DNA from: Psammoneis japonica
Taxonomy: Eukaryota
Direction of reading: 5' to 3'
Assembly: GCA_008632985.1 (NCBI GenBank)
Contig: QPGO01000017.1
Location: forward strand, 124,001 to 188,000
Length of the DNA: 64,000 bases
Of this stretch, positions 1 to 13,035 are shown piece by piece; position 1 is the stretch's first letter, and each line of letters starts with the position of its first letter. The notes under the pieces were generated by a model that saw only the letters and a list, made by a program, of their open reading frames with translations, was not told where the DNA came from and made no database searches. The position numbers and the translations under genes were made by a program.

Positions 1-27
1 GAAAACATGCAAAATCAAAGCAAGCAG

Positions 28-397
28 AAGGCACAGTCAGAAAGATGTGCTGTTGGGCCAGCTGGTGGCTCGCAGAGTTCAACAGGGAAAATGTCCCACA
101 GCCACCAGAGAGTGCTGCGCAAACTGCACCAATGCCAGCATTGTTGTCTGCAATGTGTGCTGCAAGAAGCAAAACCATCAAAGACAAGGTTTTTGATCCT
201 CTGCCGGAAGCAAAATGTGCACGAACAAGTGTTGCCTCCCAACAATGGCAAGCAGCAGAAGCTCAAGTGCTGTCTCTGGATGGCAGTGCTTGTCTGATTG
301 GCAGAATTCAACACACAGCAAAACTCCCAACTTGTGCACTTGACTTGCAGCCGACAAACAGCAGTGAGCTCAGTGCAAGCAGCAGAATGACATCTGC
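28..397 (+). repeat. Diverged dispersed repeat, second copy at ~1836-2161
   Basis: Shared anchors aaggcacagtcagaaagatgtgctgttgg, gcagagttcaa, tggcagtgct, cacttgacttgcagcc occur in the same order in both copies. Confidence 0.8.
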
Positions 398-421
398 TTC
401 TTTGTGCTGGCAAAAAGGAAA

Positions 422-1083
422 ATGATGATGGAGGTGAAGAAAAATGGGATAAAGCAGAAAATGAGCCACCACAAAAATGGCACAAAAGTTGATGAAGGGT
501 TGGGAGGCCATTTCAGAAGGTGTGGTGAACTGCTTCTTTGAATTGGCATTGTCAAAATGGTGGTCTTGGACATCTTCGTTTGCTGCTGACATGCAACCAA
601 AGGAAGAGGCAGAAAGCAAGGGTTGTCAGAACAAAAAGCAAAGAGAAAGGGGATGCTGCAGCTGCAAAAGAGGCAGAAAGGTAAAATGCCGATGATGGAG
701 ATGAAGAAAAAAAGGGGACAACATGGAGAATGAGCCACTGTGAAAATGGCGCAAAAGGCAAGAGAGGGTTGGGAGGCCATTTCAAGAGGTGCAGCAAAGT
801 GCTGTTTTGATGGGGAGCCATGAACCCCGTTGGTGTTGTCAGAAGGCTGGTCTTGACACCATTGTTGTTTGCTGACAGCCATGTTCAATGATGGAGATGA
901 AGAAAAAAAGGGGACAACATGGAGAATGAACCACTGTGAAAATGGCGCAAAAGGCAAGGGAGGTCGGGAGGCCATTTCAAGAGGTGCAGCAAAGTGCTGT
1001 TTTGATGGGGAGCAGTGAACCCCATTGGTGTTGTCAGAAGGCTGGTCTTGACACCATTGTTGTTTGCTGACAGCCATGTTTAA
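422..1083. repeat. Tandem repeat, ~196-bp unit (near-identical copies 692-887 and 888-1083, diverged copy from ~422)
   Basis: Unit begins atgatggagatgaagaaaaaaaggggacaacatggagaatga. Copy differences include CpG decay (ggtcggg/ggttggg, ccccgtt/ccccatt). Confidence 0.9.
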
Positions 1084-3589
1084 TGTTTGATTGTGCTTTG
1101 CTCTTTTTCTGTCATGTGCGTGTGCTTCATGACAAACTGCATTCATGCCTGGACAAACCTGTGTGTTGTCAAAGTGTTGTCAAATCAGAAAGATGCTGGT
1201 TGAGAGTGGGGAGACTCATTGACATGCCAAGTGATGTGGTGTGTGAGGCAATGATGTGGGTGCCAGCACAGGAGTGATTGGTGGAGTTGCTTTGCAGAGA
1301 GAACATTCTTGCATCTGCAAGAGTGCTTTTTTGTGCAATTGTGAAATGGAACATCGTGCGGCTGCCATTGGTGTTGGTGCTTGTGGCAAATTGTTGCTTG
1401 GCAGTCTTGTCAGGAAGCAGCAGCAGCAGTGATGTGTTTGTGGAACAACCTCCATCATCAGCGGTTCAATCACGAGTCACCAGCCCTCTCTCAACCAGAC
1501 ACCCTGGGGCTTTTGTGCTCACCCGCCATCACCATGCACATTGTTGTGGATGTTTTCTTGCCTCTGACCTTCTCCCACCAAAGAGTCACATTCACTTTCC
1601 TCTCTGTGTGGAGTGTGCACGCACTTTGCTGTGCAACACTCCATGGCTGAAAAATGAAAAAAAATGAAAAAGAGGAGCAGGCAGTTGCAAAGCAAAATGA
1701 TGACAACACAGGCATCTCAAAACTCCTTGTTTCTGTGTGTCACTGGGATGGGCTTGTTTGAGATGGAATTTGTTTTGGAAAGTTTCTCCATTTCTCTCAG
1801 CAAGCACAGCAAAAATTTTGTGAAATCAAACTGAAAAGGCACAGTCAGAAAGATGTGCTGTTGGATGAGCTGGCAGAGTTCAATGAGGAAAACATCCTGC
1901 CAGAGAATGCTGTGCTGCTGACAATGATGTTGGTGTTGTCCACAGCATGTGCCACAAGCAGCAAAGCCGTTGAAAGACAAAACAGTGTGCTGTCTCCTCA
2001 AAATGGCATGCAAAAGTTCAAGTGTCTCTGCATGGCAGTGCTCATCTGAGTGGCAGCACTTCAACACACCACAAGACTTCCAACTTTCACACTTGACTTG
2101 CAGCCAGCCCACCAAACAGCAACAAGCTCAGCGCAAGCAGCATGACAGCAACAGCATCTGCTCCATTGGATTTGCTCCAGTTGCAAGTCAAAAAGTCAAA
2201 ACGCTGCTCTTGCTGGTGCCAAGGTCCCCTTCCCAAATTTTCTCTCTCATGCACCAGCTGTGCCAACTTGATGATGCCTCTTTCCTCCTGAAAAATGTGG
2301 TGATGGAAATGCAGGCAGTGAGCTTTTGTCACAACTGAAAACAGCAAAACCATTTTTGTTTTCTGAGTGTGGAAGAGGTCTCTCAATGTTGATGCCATGA
2401 TGTCCTCTTGCAGTTGTGCTGCCATGTCTCATGTGTGCCCACACTGCTTGCTCAGCACAGTGACTTTTGCACAACAAGCAGAATCTGGCTTGCTGAAATC
2501 ATCCTGCCACATCCAGACATTGTGCTTGCCGGACAATCCCAAACAAGAATTGTGGCAAAAAAGGCCACGCTTGCAGCTGACATGCATCAGGCTGCTCTGT
2601 GCTTGGCACAGTGACAAGCGTGAGTCTTGTGCGTGCACCTGCAATGTCATGCATCCACATCTCTTTTGCAGTCTTTTTGCAACTTTGTTTCTTCTTTCTT
2701 GAGGGCAAAACTGTCAGATGCTGCTTGTCAGCCAGTGCGTGCTGAATTCTTCAACACATCAATTGGCATTTTTGTGATTGCTTCCATTGCTGTCACATGG
2801 GGCTTTGGCTTTTTTGACTTCAAGGGTCAAACTCTGAGAACTTGCACTTCTCTTCCAGTCTTTTTTGTTGCAACTGTTCTTGCTTGTGACTCTTCTCAAA
2901 GATTCTGTTGGCTGCTGCTGCCCATCCACAGCACTCCTGGATCCATTCACAAAATTGCCCTGCCACCCCAAATCCACTAAACTGCAGGCTCCTTTGGGAG
3001 ACTGGTCAATTCTCTCATCTGAGATGCAAATGCAAGCCTTGGTGCATTTCTCTCCAGCAGAAGACTGCCTGTGTGTTTGACCCCTGGTGGGTTTGGATGT
3101 CTTTTTGGCACACAATGAGAAAGCATTGATGCCACAAAAAACAGAGGCAGTCCCAGCCCCTTCTGAAGACTCCTTCCCAGTTGAGATGTTTGCTTCCTTT
3201 GAAGGCAAATGGCAGCTTCAACACTGCCCATCACAACTCTTCTTGGAAACCCCCCGCCTGCTCTTCCTGACTTGCTTGGTGAATGCATGCAGGATCTCCC
3301 TCTGTTGGAATCTAATCTCTTCCTGGATCTGGAGTTTTGTGCATCCCTTCATGATCCAGTTGGCTGTCCAGTGTTCTCTTGCACTGCATCAGGGAGTGAT
3401 GGGTCAGTGTGCCTTCAGAGCGCAATTTTTGGGTGTGCTCTGATGTTCAAAGGAGTTCCCTTGGTTCATTGTGCTGGGCCTGTTTTTGGATGGTCCCCTT
3501 CATCATGTCATGCAGAAGCTCAGAGTGCTGTCCCTTTAACACTTTGTGTGTCAGGTCCTCAAATTCTGTTGGGAAACACACTGTGAAGA

Positions 3590-4900
3590 CATGGATGACT
3601 GGTGTGATGACCATGCTCTGGCAAACATTCTCAATTGCCCATCCATCTCACAATCATCCATCAACCATCAACCCTCTTGACCAAGCTCATCCAGAGAAAG
3701 ATTTTAATCTCTGGCATCATGGTGCCAATGTGCAGTTGTTCAATTGGGATGTCATCAATGAAGCCCATCAGACTTCCACCGACATTGCTCCATCAGTCAA
3801 CATGTCCTCTCTGGGCCAAGCACCTTTCACCCAGTGGGCCAAAGGCCATCAAGATCAACATGCTTCAGCATCAACTCTTCCTCTGAATGCTCAGATCAAT
3901 GAGCAAGCAGACAAATTGGCAGGTCAATGCCAAGGTCAACACACATCAGATGCAACTCAAGTGACACCCTTTCCCATTGTCAAGCACATCTCAGCCTTTC
4001 AGATGGAATGGTCGCCGCTGGATTAAAAGTGTCAGTGCATTGTGCAGCTGCAGCTCCTGCTCTTGTGGAATGCACCCATGAACAAAACAATTGGGGCGAA
4101 TCAGTTGTTGACAAGATTGGTTGGACCATGCACATTGCTCTTGTGTCTGCAGATTTTCTAAGAAGCAAGAGTCAACCATCAAGCTCATTGTTCATGATTT
4201 GCTGCCTGCAAATAAAATCATCAACTGATGCAACCCAGCAAGACCACATTTTTGCCTTGCATGTGAGCATCCCATGGAGGACAGGGGCCACATCCTTTGA
4301 TGTCCAGACAATCAAGCCTGGAGACAAACCTTTCTTCAAGGTCTTTGCAAGCACTGCAACAAGACAGACACTGTGCCTCCATTGTGAGATTTGCTTTTGT
4401 CAACTCTGGAGGCATGGCTTCAAGACAAGACAGCCTGCAAAACCAATGTGCTGTGCCCCTTGTTTCATCCACTGTGGAGGGCACAGTCCAATGTTGGATG
4501 GCAACAAGCATTTGATGGGCATTTTTCCACCTTGGGGAACACCTTTCAAGAGATGCACATGTGCAAGTCAGGCCTGTTGGAACAGTGTGTCATAAAAAAA
4601 AGACCCCCCCTCCTTTGTGGGCTGCCTGTTCACAGCTCATGACATGACACAGACTCTTGCAAATCTTCCCAATGCCAACAGGCCAAAGCTGAACTCACTG
4701 CTGCATGCAATGAATGCCATGAACACCTTGCCAAAAACAGAGACATTCTGATGAACACTGTGGAAGAACACATGAGCCAGGGCACCTCCACAATTCAAAA
4801 TTGGGTCACCATGGCAAAACCAAGGTTGAAAAAAAGCATCAAGGAAGTGAAGCACATTGCACTGCTTCATGACATCTGCTCTGGTGATGCCCATCCTGGC
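3590..4900 (+). mobile_element. Degenerate 3' part of a non-LTR retrotransposon (RNase H-like domain plus C-terminal CCHC finger)
   Basis: Translation gives WAKGHQD...LPLNAQINEQADKLA (RNase H C-terminal signature), then after frameshifts CLACEHPMEDRGHIL*C and QSNVGWQQAFDGHFS, typical of RNase-H-bearing LINE-like elements. Stops and frameshifts throughout. Confidence 0.7.
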
Positions 4901-6589
4901 TGGTCCTTGTCCTCTTCTGCCATGGTTGTCAATTGTGCTTGAAGTGCAGGCCAGCCCCCAGTGCCAGAGCTGCTGACAATGGAGTGAAAGCACTTAAAAT
5001 TTGGATCTGGTTTCTCTTTTTGGCAGCTGCAGCTTGCTCTCAATGGGTTTGCAGAACAAAACAAGAGTCTTGGATCAAGCATGAGCTGGCAGACCAAAAT
5101 TCTGCTCATGGACCACATGCCATTGCTGGTCATTCTGCACTCTGTACACTCAAGCAAATCAATCAAGAATTTTTGTCACCCAGAAGGACAGCTGGCATGT
5201 CTCTTTGCCATCTTCTGCACCAGCTGAAAGGAAAAGGCTTGAGCAATCCCACTGAGTTTGACAATGTGCACAACATGCTGGAGCTGGCAAGATTTTATTT
5301 GCATGACCAGCTTCCTCAAAAAGCACTCATCAAGCAACATTTTTAAAAGCAGTGCGGCCCTCCTCCTCTGCAGGATGGTGTGGAGAAAGATGCTGGCTCA
5401 CACAGCCACCACACACACTCTTCACAGCTTTGGTTGGTTTTCACAGCAAACTCTGTTGTGCCTTGTTGTCAAATAAAACAATGAAGACACCAAAGGTTTG
5501 CCACAGTTGAAAACTGTGAGATGAGAGAGTGCTTCTCTGTGTTGGTTCAGATGATGCAACAGAAAGAGGATGCAACAGACAGAGGTCTCAATGATGCAGC
5601 AATGTTGCCTCACAGTTGCACAACACAATGCCAAAAACTTGCACATTGTGAGAGAGCTGCTTTTTCATGACAACAGTTGTGGGACCATCTCTGAGTTGGC
5701 ACATTTCCAAACTTTTCTGTCCATGGACAAATGAGCTGGCTGACACAAGCTCACACGTTGGCACTCAGTGAGTGCTCAGCAACAAGCAGCTGTGGTGCAA
5801 GCAGCAAAATCTTTGCACACTTGGCATGAAACATCAGGGGGCAGTTGAGTGCACAACTCTTTCTTCCTTGTGACACAGGCTCAATTTTCACAGTTGCCAT
5901 GCAACCATGCAAGAGCAGACCTTTTCTCAGCACAATGAAGAGCAGCATGAGATGTGCCGGCACATGCAAAACATGATGCACATTGCTTGTGTGCCACACA
6001 CTCTTCACTGTAAAAACTTTGTGACACAAAACAGCTCACTGCTGGCTTCAGCCAATTGTTGCTCAGCAGCACAGCACATTGTGCTGCACATGTTTGTGGT
6101 CTGCAACATTTGCTCACATGTGGCACTCAACACAGGGAACAGGGAGAAAGCATCATGTGCACTGAATCACACACCAAGGGCAACTGAGTGCAAATGAACC
6201 CAGATCAACTGAAACCTGCTGCATGGCACACTCCAATCATGCCATTTTTCATTTCTTGCATGCTCCAAACAAGTTGATGTGCTTCCTGCCTCCTGCTGTC
6301 ACTCCAATGGGCAGAACAGGCAAAGTCATCTCTGGCACTCATTTCCTTCTTGTGGGCAACACTGGCACCTCTTCACATGCCTCAAAGAGGACCAATCAAA
6401 TCTTGCACTTAACTCCTTCAGCTGCCACAGCTTGTGTGCACCCAAAGCTTCCAAGTGGAGACTCTTCTTCAAGGTCACACATTGTCTCTCTGTTGCTTTC
6501 ATTGCAGTCATGGTGAAGATGCTTTTTCCTCCTGTTGGGATGGGGGAGCACAGAAGTTGCTGCCAAACAAGGATGATTTTGAGGGGCAC

Positions 6590-6740
6590 TCTTGTGTGAG
6601 ATCTTCTTCTGGATGGACTTGGCTCTGTGACATTTGGCCTGTTCTTGGACAGGCACTGTGGGTTTCAGGTTTGGCAACTGCACATCTCCACATTGCTCCT
6701 GACATGATTGAAACAACAGCATTGTTGCCACAAATGTGGT
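6590..6740. repeat. Diverged dispersed repeat, second copy at ~10810-10970
   Basis: Shared ttcttctggatggac, tcaggtttggc and ctcctgacatga(t/c)tga(a/g)acaaca in the same order. Confidence 0.7.
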
Positions 6741-9700
6741 GCAGCACCACAAGAACACACTGGCACAGCATTGCCTTTTTGTGTCAAGAAGAACATGCCA
6801 GAAAGCCAACAGAGAATCAGCCATTGAAGACATGACACTCTGACCATTTGATCCTGTGAAAGGAATGGCAGTCACTTGCATGCTGTGACAAGTCCAACCT
6901 GGATGAAGAATGCACAGAAGCAAGCTGGGCAGCAGTCAAGGTGTGAAGCATGAGAGCTTCATCACATGTTTGCAAAGGCCTTGGAATTTCATTTGCCCCA
7001 CTCTTTTTGCAAGGGCACATTTGAGCACAAAAAACAAGAAAGAAGCATGTTCATTTGTTGGAGCAACCACCAGTTGCTGCCATGATGTGTGGCTGCATTG
7101 TTGTTGGACACTTTGGTGCCCCCCCTTGCAAGACTTGTTGGCCCAAAGACATGACACTCATCACTGCAAGGAGCACAAAGTCGAATGAGTGTTCCTTGCA
7201 CCACATCTGGATTTTAACAAACCATTTAAAGTGCGCACCAATGCACCTGAGTTCTGAGTGCTGGCTCAGAGCAGAAACAATGAGAAAGCCCAAAAGTGCC
7301 CAATCAAATTGTGCACAAAATGCACCAAAGAGAATTGCTTGCCATTGTGGAAGCACCAAACAGCACGGGTCTGTCCTTCTTGGACAGTGCTTGTTTGCAT
7401 GTTCTGATCACAAAAACCCAGTGCACAGCACACTCAACACCAAACACACCACATGCCAGTGTTTGATTTGCAAAATAATTGGGCCTGGGCCACAATCTGT
7501 CAAAGGCCACCACCACCACTCTGGTTGCTCATGCACTGGGTCATTTCAACCTCAGCCCACCCCTGGAAAGAGAAAGAGATTTCTTGACAGTCATGCAAAT
7601 GCCAGAAGTTTGCCTTCTGCACAAGGCAAGCTTGACAGAAGCAAAGGAGGTGTGCCAACAATTCTCGCCAGCTTTGAGCCAATTCAACTTGAGCAGCAAA
7701 AAAGCACAAGCAGCTGTTGCAGACAGACGACACTTCAGAAGGGGATGTTCCATGTTCCATGTGGCAGGTTTGCTGCCAAGACAAAATTGTTGTCCCATTG
7801 GTGTCACTGCAAAAGCAGACAACTGGCTGGTGTCATGTGTTCAGTTGTGCCATCCTGGGGCAATGCACAGAGGCATTGGTTGCCCCATGTCTTTTCTGGC
7901 TCAGCATGATGTGTGAGAGCTGCAGAGTGCCCTCTGCATGCTCCAAAAATGCAAGGCATGTCAGAAGACAAGGCAAAACCTCAAACATGGGAAGCCACCA
8001 TGGAAAATGTGGCTGACAGTCTTGTGTGAGATCCCACACATGTGGACATGACAGGGGAGTGCACAGTCCAGCAAAAAGGAAAAAATGAATTTGTGCCCCC
8101 AGCTGCAATGATTGACCTGGTGACTGGGCAACTCAAAATTGCTGAAGTGTCAGCCAAAAGGGCAAGAATCTCACATCAGATGATGTCAAGCATTCCTGAC
8201 TGTGTGGATGTCCATGGCCAAGGAAGGTTGCCTTCTTTGACAGAGGAGCCCAGCTCATCTCTAATTTAGCTCATGGCCAATTTCAGTCAAAAAACAGAGC
8301 AACTGTGGCCTTCAAAACAAACCAACAAGCAAAGCAATCCACAGTTGTGCTCCACAGTGGAACATGCACAACAGCAGATGAGCAGGAATGTTGTGCAATC
8401 TTTTTGAGTCCAGGTCATGAAGTCAGATGACAACAACTCATGGAGTGGCATGCTTTCTGTGGCCACATCTTCTGAATGAGCAATGGCACACACCACCAGC
8501 TGGGCAAGCTCAAAGCAGCCAGTGTGTGGCAGAGACACCATGTGCCAAGTGAAAGTGTGCCCATGGACAAAAAAGGCAGCCATTCACTGATCATGAAGCC
8601 ACCAAGAAAGTCTTGGTCCTGGCTTTGGCTGATGCCATCATGCTTGCTGTTTGTCCCACACCAGCTTGGGCAACTGTCCAGTTGGCAGCTCCTGCATTGG
8701 CTGCTTGTGTTTTCAAAGACAAAATTGTTGTGCCTGCATTTGCAAGCATGCAGCAGGTGCAAACACAACAAGCCACAACCAGTTTTCCAGAAAGCAGACA
8801 GCTTGGCCTTTGGAGACACAAGAAGAGAAGATGTGCCTGGCCAGTTTAGCCCCAGCTGCAAACAGGGAGGCCACAGAGACAGAGAGAAACACAGCATGAG
8901 ATGAGCCAACTTGAAATTCAATCATCCCAATCAACTTGTCTGTCATTCTCAACTCAGATTGATTTGACACAACAGCCCTCACATCAACAACAGGAGCTGG
9001 CTGCTGACAAAGCCACCACAAAAATCTTGCTCCTGGCTTTGGCCAAGGCCATTGTGCCTGCCATTTGTCTTGCAGCTTGGATGTCCATCCAATTGGCAGC
9101 TTCCCCCTTGGCTGCTGCCCTTTTGCTTTTTGTTTGTTCCATTTAATGGAAACAGCCAATTTTGATTGTTTGCTTGAGAAAGAGAGAGAGAGCTTCAAGT
9201 GCGGAGCATGCTGACATGCCACAGGGGGCAGCTGCCCCTTGCCAAACAAGAGAAAATGAAAAAACACTGGGCTGATTGTCGTGCAAGCTTTGCCAAAGTT
9301 GTTGGCCCATTTCAGCAACAGCTGCACAATGTTCTGCCATTTCCTTTGCAACACAAGTCATGTCCAGTTCACACCGTTGGTTGGCGCTGCTTCTAGGCTG
9401 CAAAGCTGCAAAGTCAGAACATGTCATCCAAAATGGCCACATGCTGCCACAGTGACTTGTGCCATTCCATCCAAAGCTCTGGGTGCACAGCTCAGTGTCA
9501 AATTCCTTCCAAATGTGTCTGTGCCTGTGCAAACATTCGATGGCTCAAAAAAGCAGCCTTTGCGTGGTCGTCCAAAAACCATGTTGTAAAACTCACCAGT
9601 TGTTGAGATGTTCAAATGTCTGAATCATCATTCCTGTTGCTGCTGTCTTGGGAGCTTGGCAACTCATCATCATTGCTGTCATCTTTCAATGTGGTGCAAA

Positions 9701-10333
9701 CATCTCCAGTGTGATCCTGTTGCCCATTTGGATTTGTTCCAGACTTGAGTGGCATGCACATGCCCATTTTCACACAAAAAATGAAAGCTTTGTGCATTCT
9801 TCAACATTGAAACAACCACATTTCAATGGTTCTTGCAAGAAGCAAAACAACAAACAAACAAAATTTGAACCAGCTGATGGCCCCATGACTTTCAGCAATC
9901 ATGGTTGCCCCCTTTTTCAAACCCTTTGGAAATTGAGTTGCAAGGTGAGGACCACAGCATTTCACATGGCCCGTGTCATCAACATCAACATCAACAATGA
10001 AAATGCTTGCCACAGGCTGCAGTGCAGCACAAAAAGACCAGCCTGTCAGCAACAACAACTGAGCCTCATTTCACTCACAATTTGCCTCTGATGACAAGCT
10101 CTTTTTCACTGCCATTTGCACTTCCTCCACAATGTCAACTGACACAAGTGCTCCAGAGTTGTTTGTGTCCACACAAAGCATTGAAAAGGGGTCCATTGTG
10201 GGCTGAGTTTTGTTTCTCCTTGCTGATCAATGACTTGGTCTGCCATCCTCAGTTTTGAGCACATGGGCGTGAAGCAAAGGACACACTCTAGATGCAGGTG
10301 GGAATCTGTGTGTGACCTGCTGGGCCCACAGCT

Positions 10334-10499
10334 GTGCAGCAGAATTGCTGGGTGATGAGTGTGCCAAGAAATGACTGCCAACTGAAAAAGAGGAAATTTT
10401 GCAAGAGTGCACAAACTCAGTGCAGCAGAATTGCTGGGTGATGAGTGTGCCAAGAATGACCGCCAACTGAAAAAGAGGCAATTTTGCGAGAGTGCACAA
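10334..10499. repeat. Tandem duplication, 86-bp unit x2
   Basis: gtgcagcagaattgctgggtgatgagtgtgccaagaa starts at 10334 and 10420. Copies differ at CpG sites (gactgcc/gaccgcc, ttgcaag/ttgcgag). Confidence 0.9.
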
Positions 10500-11305
10500 T
10501 CCCACCCATGATTGAAGTGTGTCATTTTTTGTTGTTTGCCCAGCTGCAATGTTTGGACAAATTCTGCAGAAAAGCACACATGGAAATTTGCATGTGGGAC
10601 GCACATGCAACAACACGCACATGCAACGACACATGACAAAAAAAAACTCTTGTCACACATGTCAGAAACAAGAGAGCCGCCACACCCACCACATCCTGCC
10701 ACATTCAGTGAATGTGTGCAATGTTCAGTCCTTTTAGTTGCTGCAGCTTGGATGCACCCAAAGCATCCAAACAAGAAGAGAAAGTTGGGTGCGCAACAAT
10801 CTCAGTGTGGTGTGGGTGCTCTTTTGAGCTCTTGTTTTCTTCTGGATGGACCCAGCTTTGCAAGATTTGGCCCATCAATTCTTCTTCTTGGAAAGGCACG
10901 TTGTGGCAGGTGCTCAGGTTTGGCGATTGTATCACATCACTCCTGACATGACTGAGACAACAACGTCGGCATCATGAACGCAATGCGCCGCAAACTAACA
11001 CACCGACACTGTGGAAGGGGGCACATGCAATGCCAGAAAGCTGTTGTGTGTGACGCCGGTGCGAAGCAGCGGAGGGAGGAGGCGATCATTGGATTCCTGA
11101 TTCTGTTCACGATACCACTTACTACAGCACTACAGCCGCACAGATACTACGTTGAATTTGGTACAGATTCTACGTGACCATTGTTGTCCGACCGCCGCTA
11201 CTTCTCACGCATCGAGTGCATCTTACTCCCGGTCGCAACAACGCTGGTGTGTTCGAAAGGATCGATTGGTACAGAAGTGTAGTTGACAAAAGACGAAACG
11301 AAGAT

Positions 11306-12279
11306 ATGAAGGTGCGGCAACCGAGTCGAAGCGCTGTTGGATGATGTCTTGATATATGTGGATTATGGAGAAGCGGAGACGAATCATCGACATGGCGATT
11401 GTCGCGATGGATTCTCGTGTTGCTGTCATCGCAGAGCTCAGTACCCCATGCCCATGAGCTTCATGGTAGACGACCAAGTCGATAGCCACCATATATCCAA
11501 GGACTACTATACTAACCGTTGCTTGTGTTGCTGTTATTTTGGTGCAGATCAATATCGCTGCCCCGAGCACGGGGATGCAAAAGGTGATCGAGATTGATGA
11601 CGAGAAGCGTCTTCAGAACTTGTACGAGCGTCGCATGGCCCAGGAGATTGACGGTTCCGTGTTGGGCGAGGAGTTTGAAGGGTACATCCTTCGCATCTCT
11701 GGCGGAAACGACAAGCAGGGATTCCCCATGCGACAGGGCGTGTTAACCAACACCCGAGTCCGCCTCTTGTGTAAGAAGGGACACAAGGCGTACAGACCCC
11801 GACGTGCTGGTGAGCGCAAGCGTAAGTCTGTTCGGGGTTGCATCGTTGGACACGACATTGCCGTGCTTAACCTCGTCGTCACCAAGGTGGGAGATAACCA
11901 AATTGCAGGATTGACCGACGACACTGTTCCGCGTCGTCTTGGGCCCAAGCGTGCCAACAAAATCCGCAAGCTCTTTAACCTTTCCAAGGAGGACGATGTG
12001 CGCAAGTACGTGATTGCACGCACCTTTACCAACAAGAAGGGCGTTACTGTGCGCAAGGCACCAAAGATCCAGCGTCTTGTCACCCCGCTCACCCTGCAAC
12101 GCAAGCGCGCTCGAAAGGCAGCCAAGATGAACAGTGTGCTTCGAAACAAGGAGGAGGCGGCTGCATACAAGAAGGTTGTTGCCCAGAGGCTTGCCGAGCA
12201 GAAGGAGGCCCGTCGGTCTCTTATCTCCAAGAGGAGGTCGACCCGTAAATCTGCCAAGCTTGCTGCCGAGGGCAAATAG
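11306..12279 (+). CDS. RPS6: 40S ribosomal protein S6 (eS6); exons 11306-11311 and 11548-12279
   Basis: ATG AAG|gtgcgg...actaac...ttttggtgcag|ATC AAT ATC gives [14 protein letters not shown]. Contains [43 protein letters not shown] and [11 protein letters not shown]. Confidence 0.98.
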
Positions 12280-12586
12280 ACATGCTCTGTTGGCAGTAAA
12301 TAATAAAAAGAAAAAGTTTGGTATCGTTTTGTTGAGAAGTGATGCAGTATCAGTAGTTTGTTGATGGTTGTGCGGTACTGTAGCTACAAGGTAGAGAATA
12401 TCCACAACACCAATACAAGCGCAACGCCAGGGTATTTACAGACATAGACCAGCCTATCGCAAACGAAATAAACACTGCGTCATCGCAAACTCAATCTATG
12501 ATATGGGATACTCTGAACACGCCCGCAAGCTGCAATTGATGATTCGTTCTTCCGCTTTGTATTTTGAAAACCTCCCCCCAAAGCCA

Positions 12587-13035
12587 TCATGACGATTCCG
12601 CAAGACCAGCCGGATTGCTCACAATTAAAATTACAGAATCACCTCTTAGAAACATCTTGCTCACGTATCGGTCTTTATTGACAGCCATTCCCTTTGTTTT
12701 GCCCTTGCCTCCTTTGGAATTCTCCGTCCACATTTCTTTCACGTCTTCCAGCAATCTTTCAAAAATATGAGTAGAGATAAAGTGAGAGAAATATTCAGAT
12801 GGATGCTTATGATTAAAAGACAATGTAAAAATACGCACGCCAACTGACTGTTGGGTACTCACAGATTCATGTGACGGTCGTATGCCTTGACGCGGCCCAA
12901 CAATTTGTGATTGTTCCGCACATTGACCAAGATTTGAGTATTTCCCTTAACAGCCTTATAAAGAACACTAAATGGGCCAGATTTTAAGTCAGTGCCGGAA
13001 GCAGCTGCTTCTGGAGGGGGCTCGGTGCCGCTCAT
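12587..13035 (-). CDS. SNRPD2: Small nuclear ribonucleoprotein Sm D2; exons 13035-12863 and 12755-12587 (113 aa)
   Basis: Spliced product ...[50 protein letters not shown]...[20 protein letters not shown]. Intron gtgagt...gaaag of 107 bp restores the frame. Confidence 0.96.

Larger units (their letters stand above)
1..10950. other. TpA- and CpG-depleted (TpG/CpA-rich) relic/transposon domain, left
   Basis: My rough manual count is about 30 TA dinucleotides in 10.9 kb, versus several hundred expected at this base composition. CG is also sparse. Six-frame translations almost lack Tyr and are overloaded with Cys/His. CG returns at ~10920-10980 and TA fully at ~11110. Confidence 0.95.

Noticed and set aside
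1..10950. Dozens of overlapping Cys/His-rich ORFs (also throughout 33.6-63.2 kb) that look like metal-binding proteins
   Set aside because: They are artefacts of TA loss: TAA/TAG stops are removed in all six frames and TGY/CAY codons are inflated. Only ORFs with recognisable family motifs were kept.
11312..11547. Intronic box C/D snoRNA in the relatively long RPS6 intron
   Set aside because: There is an imperfect C-like ATGATG but no CTGA D box or terminal stem that I can support.
11613..12405. Two 220-aa antisense ORFs over RPS6
   Set aside because: They are shadow ORFs of a highly biased coding strand with no independent features.
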